Source of the DNA: Novakomyces olei
Lineage: Eukaryota
Direction of reading: 5' to 3'
Length of the DNA: 64,000 bases
Assembly (NCBI GenBank): GCA_016906335.1
Contig: JADEYG010000007.1
Location: 806,001 to 870,000, forward strand
Positions 62,323-64,000 of the stretch are shown in pieces. Each line of letters starts with the position of its first letter. Positions within the stretch are counted from its first letter, which is position 1. The notes below the pieces were generated by a model. It was not told the origin of the DNA and made no database searches. It was given only the letters and a program-made list of their open reading frames with translations. A program made the position numbers and the translations under genes.

Positions 62323-64000
62323 CTAGACAGAATACTTTTCAATCTGGCTTGCCAGGTCGAGCGACTCCTGCACATAGTTTATATGTGAAGCACTGAGAAC
62401 ATTGTGACGAATCCGTGTATTGCCCTGATAGGAATCCTGTTTTGCCCGGACACGAAACACATAAGAAGTACAGACAGCAGCAGCAATAATTGCATTGTAT
62501 TCGTCTTCTGACTGGGCACGCACGTCCATGAGCTCATTAGCCGATTTGCCCAAAATCATGGCCCCCACATCGTTAAAGGCAGAAAGCCATAATTGGCCAG
62601 TGTGATCTGTCACACTCATGGTCATTATATAACGATATTCGGGCTTTGGAAACGAGCGATTGCATCTCTCACAGCGCCAAGAGCCGTCAGTGTCCTCATT
62701 CACTTTTTTACTGCAGTCTGGTGAAGGACAGGCGGGATAAGTTAAATTGTCCTTTTTGAAAAAGGTCACCATGGCCTTGCATGAATAATAATCCGGGCTA
62801 TCACCCATTCCAAGATTCTCATCCGTTACCTGAGCCAAAGTTTTGCGTTGGTCTTTACGCGTCTCTCCATTAACGCTCGCAACTGCAGCTGTGTGATGAG
62901 TAGCAAAAGTCTCATTACGGCCCTGTGCATCGTACCAACCCTTGAGCATATGAGCTTGAGGCATATCAGGGTCAATTGCCATCGTGCTTGAAGAGACCAT
63001 GGAGAGAGAACGACCACCAAAGTCACTTACTCGCATGTTCTTAAAGGCAAGAACGCTGTCTTGATTGGCACCGAAATTTATAGCAGTTTTTCCCCATACT
63101 GTAAGGCGAATTTGGTAGCCAGAATTGTCAACTAGAGTCATTTCACGTTTAGTCATAGCTCTGTTTGTTGTTTTGGACGTAATTTCTGTAGCGTCCGCAA
63201 CGTCTTTAAGCACACCAATCACATCACACGTAGCGTCCTTTTCAATATTGGCAATATCACGAATTGGTTTAAAATCATACTGAATTTGGGGTACGGCTGA
63301 TTGATCCTCACACTTGCTGACCTCAGAGTCACGTTCAAACATTAGCTCGTACTCATGCTGGATATTGGTAAACTGCTTTTTGGCAATATTGACTCGGCAA
63401 CGTGAGATATAGTACGCTGAGCCTTCTTGCAAAACGTCATACAGCATATCAACTTCATTGTTGAACGCAGTTGCACGTATCTCACCGCTTTCATCCAGCA
63501 AATTTACGGAAAACAGTTTGCCCTCACCACGTTGATTCGACCACTGCCGTATATCCGTTTTCGAGGTAACTCTTGCCTTTATTGTCCACTTGTTTTGGTA
63601 GGGAGAAAGTGCTTCAATCATAGTTATTCCTGCTGGTGGCCGAGAGGCAGTTCCGCGTCCAGTAACGGAGGACTGATGGGGTTTGGTAGCGTTGCTGCTA
63701 TTTGAGACATTGTTTGTTGAGGGTTTGCTCTCGTTCCCGTAGAAGGATTTCCCGTTTGCTCCTGAATCCGACTGAGGCTGTGATTTGCTCATCTCTAGGG
63801 GCTTAGGAGACCCAAGCTTTTCCGTTATCGAGGAATCTACGGGCTCTGCATCCAACACGATGATGATCTTTCGTTCCTTCATCTGATTAAGCGTATACAT
63901 ATTGAACCGGACCAAGGCGCCTTTTGAAATGGCGCCTGATTGAACAAGATGATTAAGAGATGTAGTAAGCATTCCCTGCAGATAGTTCTCTGTGTCTGAT
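62323..64000 (-). CDS. RFA1: Replication protein A large subunit (5' end outside window)
   Basis: IEALSPYQNKWTIKARVT, GEGKLFSVNLLDESGEIRATAF, LKGWYD and the zinc motif YPACPSPDCSKKV...WRCERC. Confidence 0.95.
   Translation of the reverse strand, partial: SDTENYLQGMLTTSLNHLVQSGAISKGALVRFNMYTLNQMKERKIIIVLDAEPVDSSITEKLGSPKPLEMSKSQPQSDSGANGKSFYGNESKPSTNNVSNSSNATKPHQSSVTGRGTASRPPAGITMIEALSPYQNKWTIKARVTSKTDIRQWSNQRGEGKLFSVNLLDESGEIRATAFNNEVDMLYDVLQEGSAYYISRCRVNIAKKQFTNIQHEYELMFERDSEVSKCEDQSAVPQIQYDFKPIRDIANIEKDATCDVIGVLKDVADATEITSKTTNRAMTKREMTLVDNSGYQIRLTVWGKTAINFGANQDSVLAFKNMRVSDFGGRSLSMVSSSTMAIDPDMPQAHMLKGWYDAQGRNETFATHHTAAVASVNGETRKDQRKTLAQVTDENLGMGDSPDYYSCKAMVTFFKKDNLTYPACPSPDCSKKVNEDTDGSWRCERCNRSFPKPEYRYIMTMSVTDHTGQLWLSAFNDVGAMILGKSANELMDVRAQSEDEYNAIIAAAVCTSYVFRVRAKQDSYQGNTRIRHNVLSASHINYVQESLDLASQIEKYSV

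Overview
Eukaryotic window from an intron-rich, yeast-like ascomycete (GT-AG introns with CTRAC branch points, some only 33-39 nt). I cannot name the species from sequence alone. The left third (1-21.8 kb) holds a Zn2Cys6 transcription factor, an aldo-keto reductase, a GT90/CAP10 glycosyltransferase, SEC14, a compact four-gene cluster (Dal5-type MFS transporter, RidA, HSL-family esterase, D-serine dehydratase) sharing a repeated GCCCCCACC promoter motif, a citrate carrier, DGA1 and tRNA-Gly. The middle holds one complete rDNA unit on the minus strand (18S-ITS1-5.8S-ITS2-28S), with a duplicated 189-bp promoter-like block in its spacer. Next to it is a nested pair of very young LTR retrotransposons: a Ty3/gypsy chromovirus inserted into the gag zinc knuckle of a Ty1/copia element. 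The copia has an in-frame UGA-CUAG between gag and protease (candidate programmed readthrough). The chromovirus has a -1 frameshift signal with pseudoknot, a self-priming PBS, a hairpin-dense LTR and an extra antisense ORF encoding a small Zn2Cys6-like protein with swapped half-domains plus a coiled coil. The right third holds a coiled-coil hypothetical gene, ATG7, UBP14, RFT1, a mitochondrial carrier, a GH2 beta-galactosidase, RPL18 and RPA1 (partial). Product calls come from recognised motifs, not database searches; intron boundaries were read by eye.
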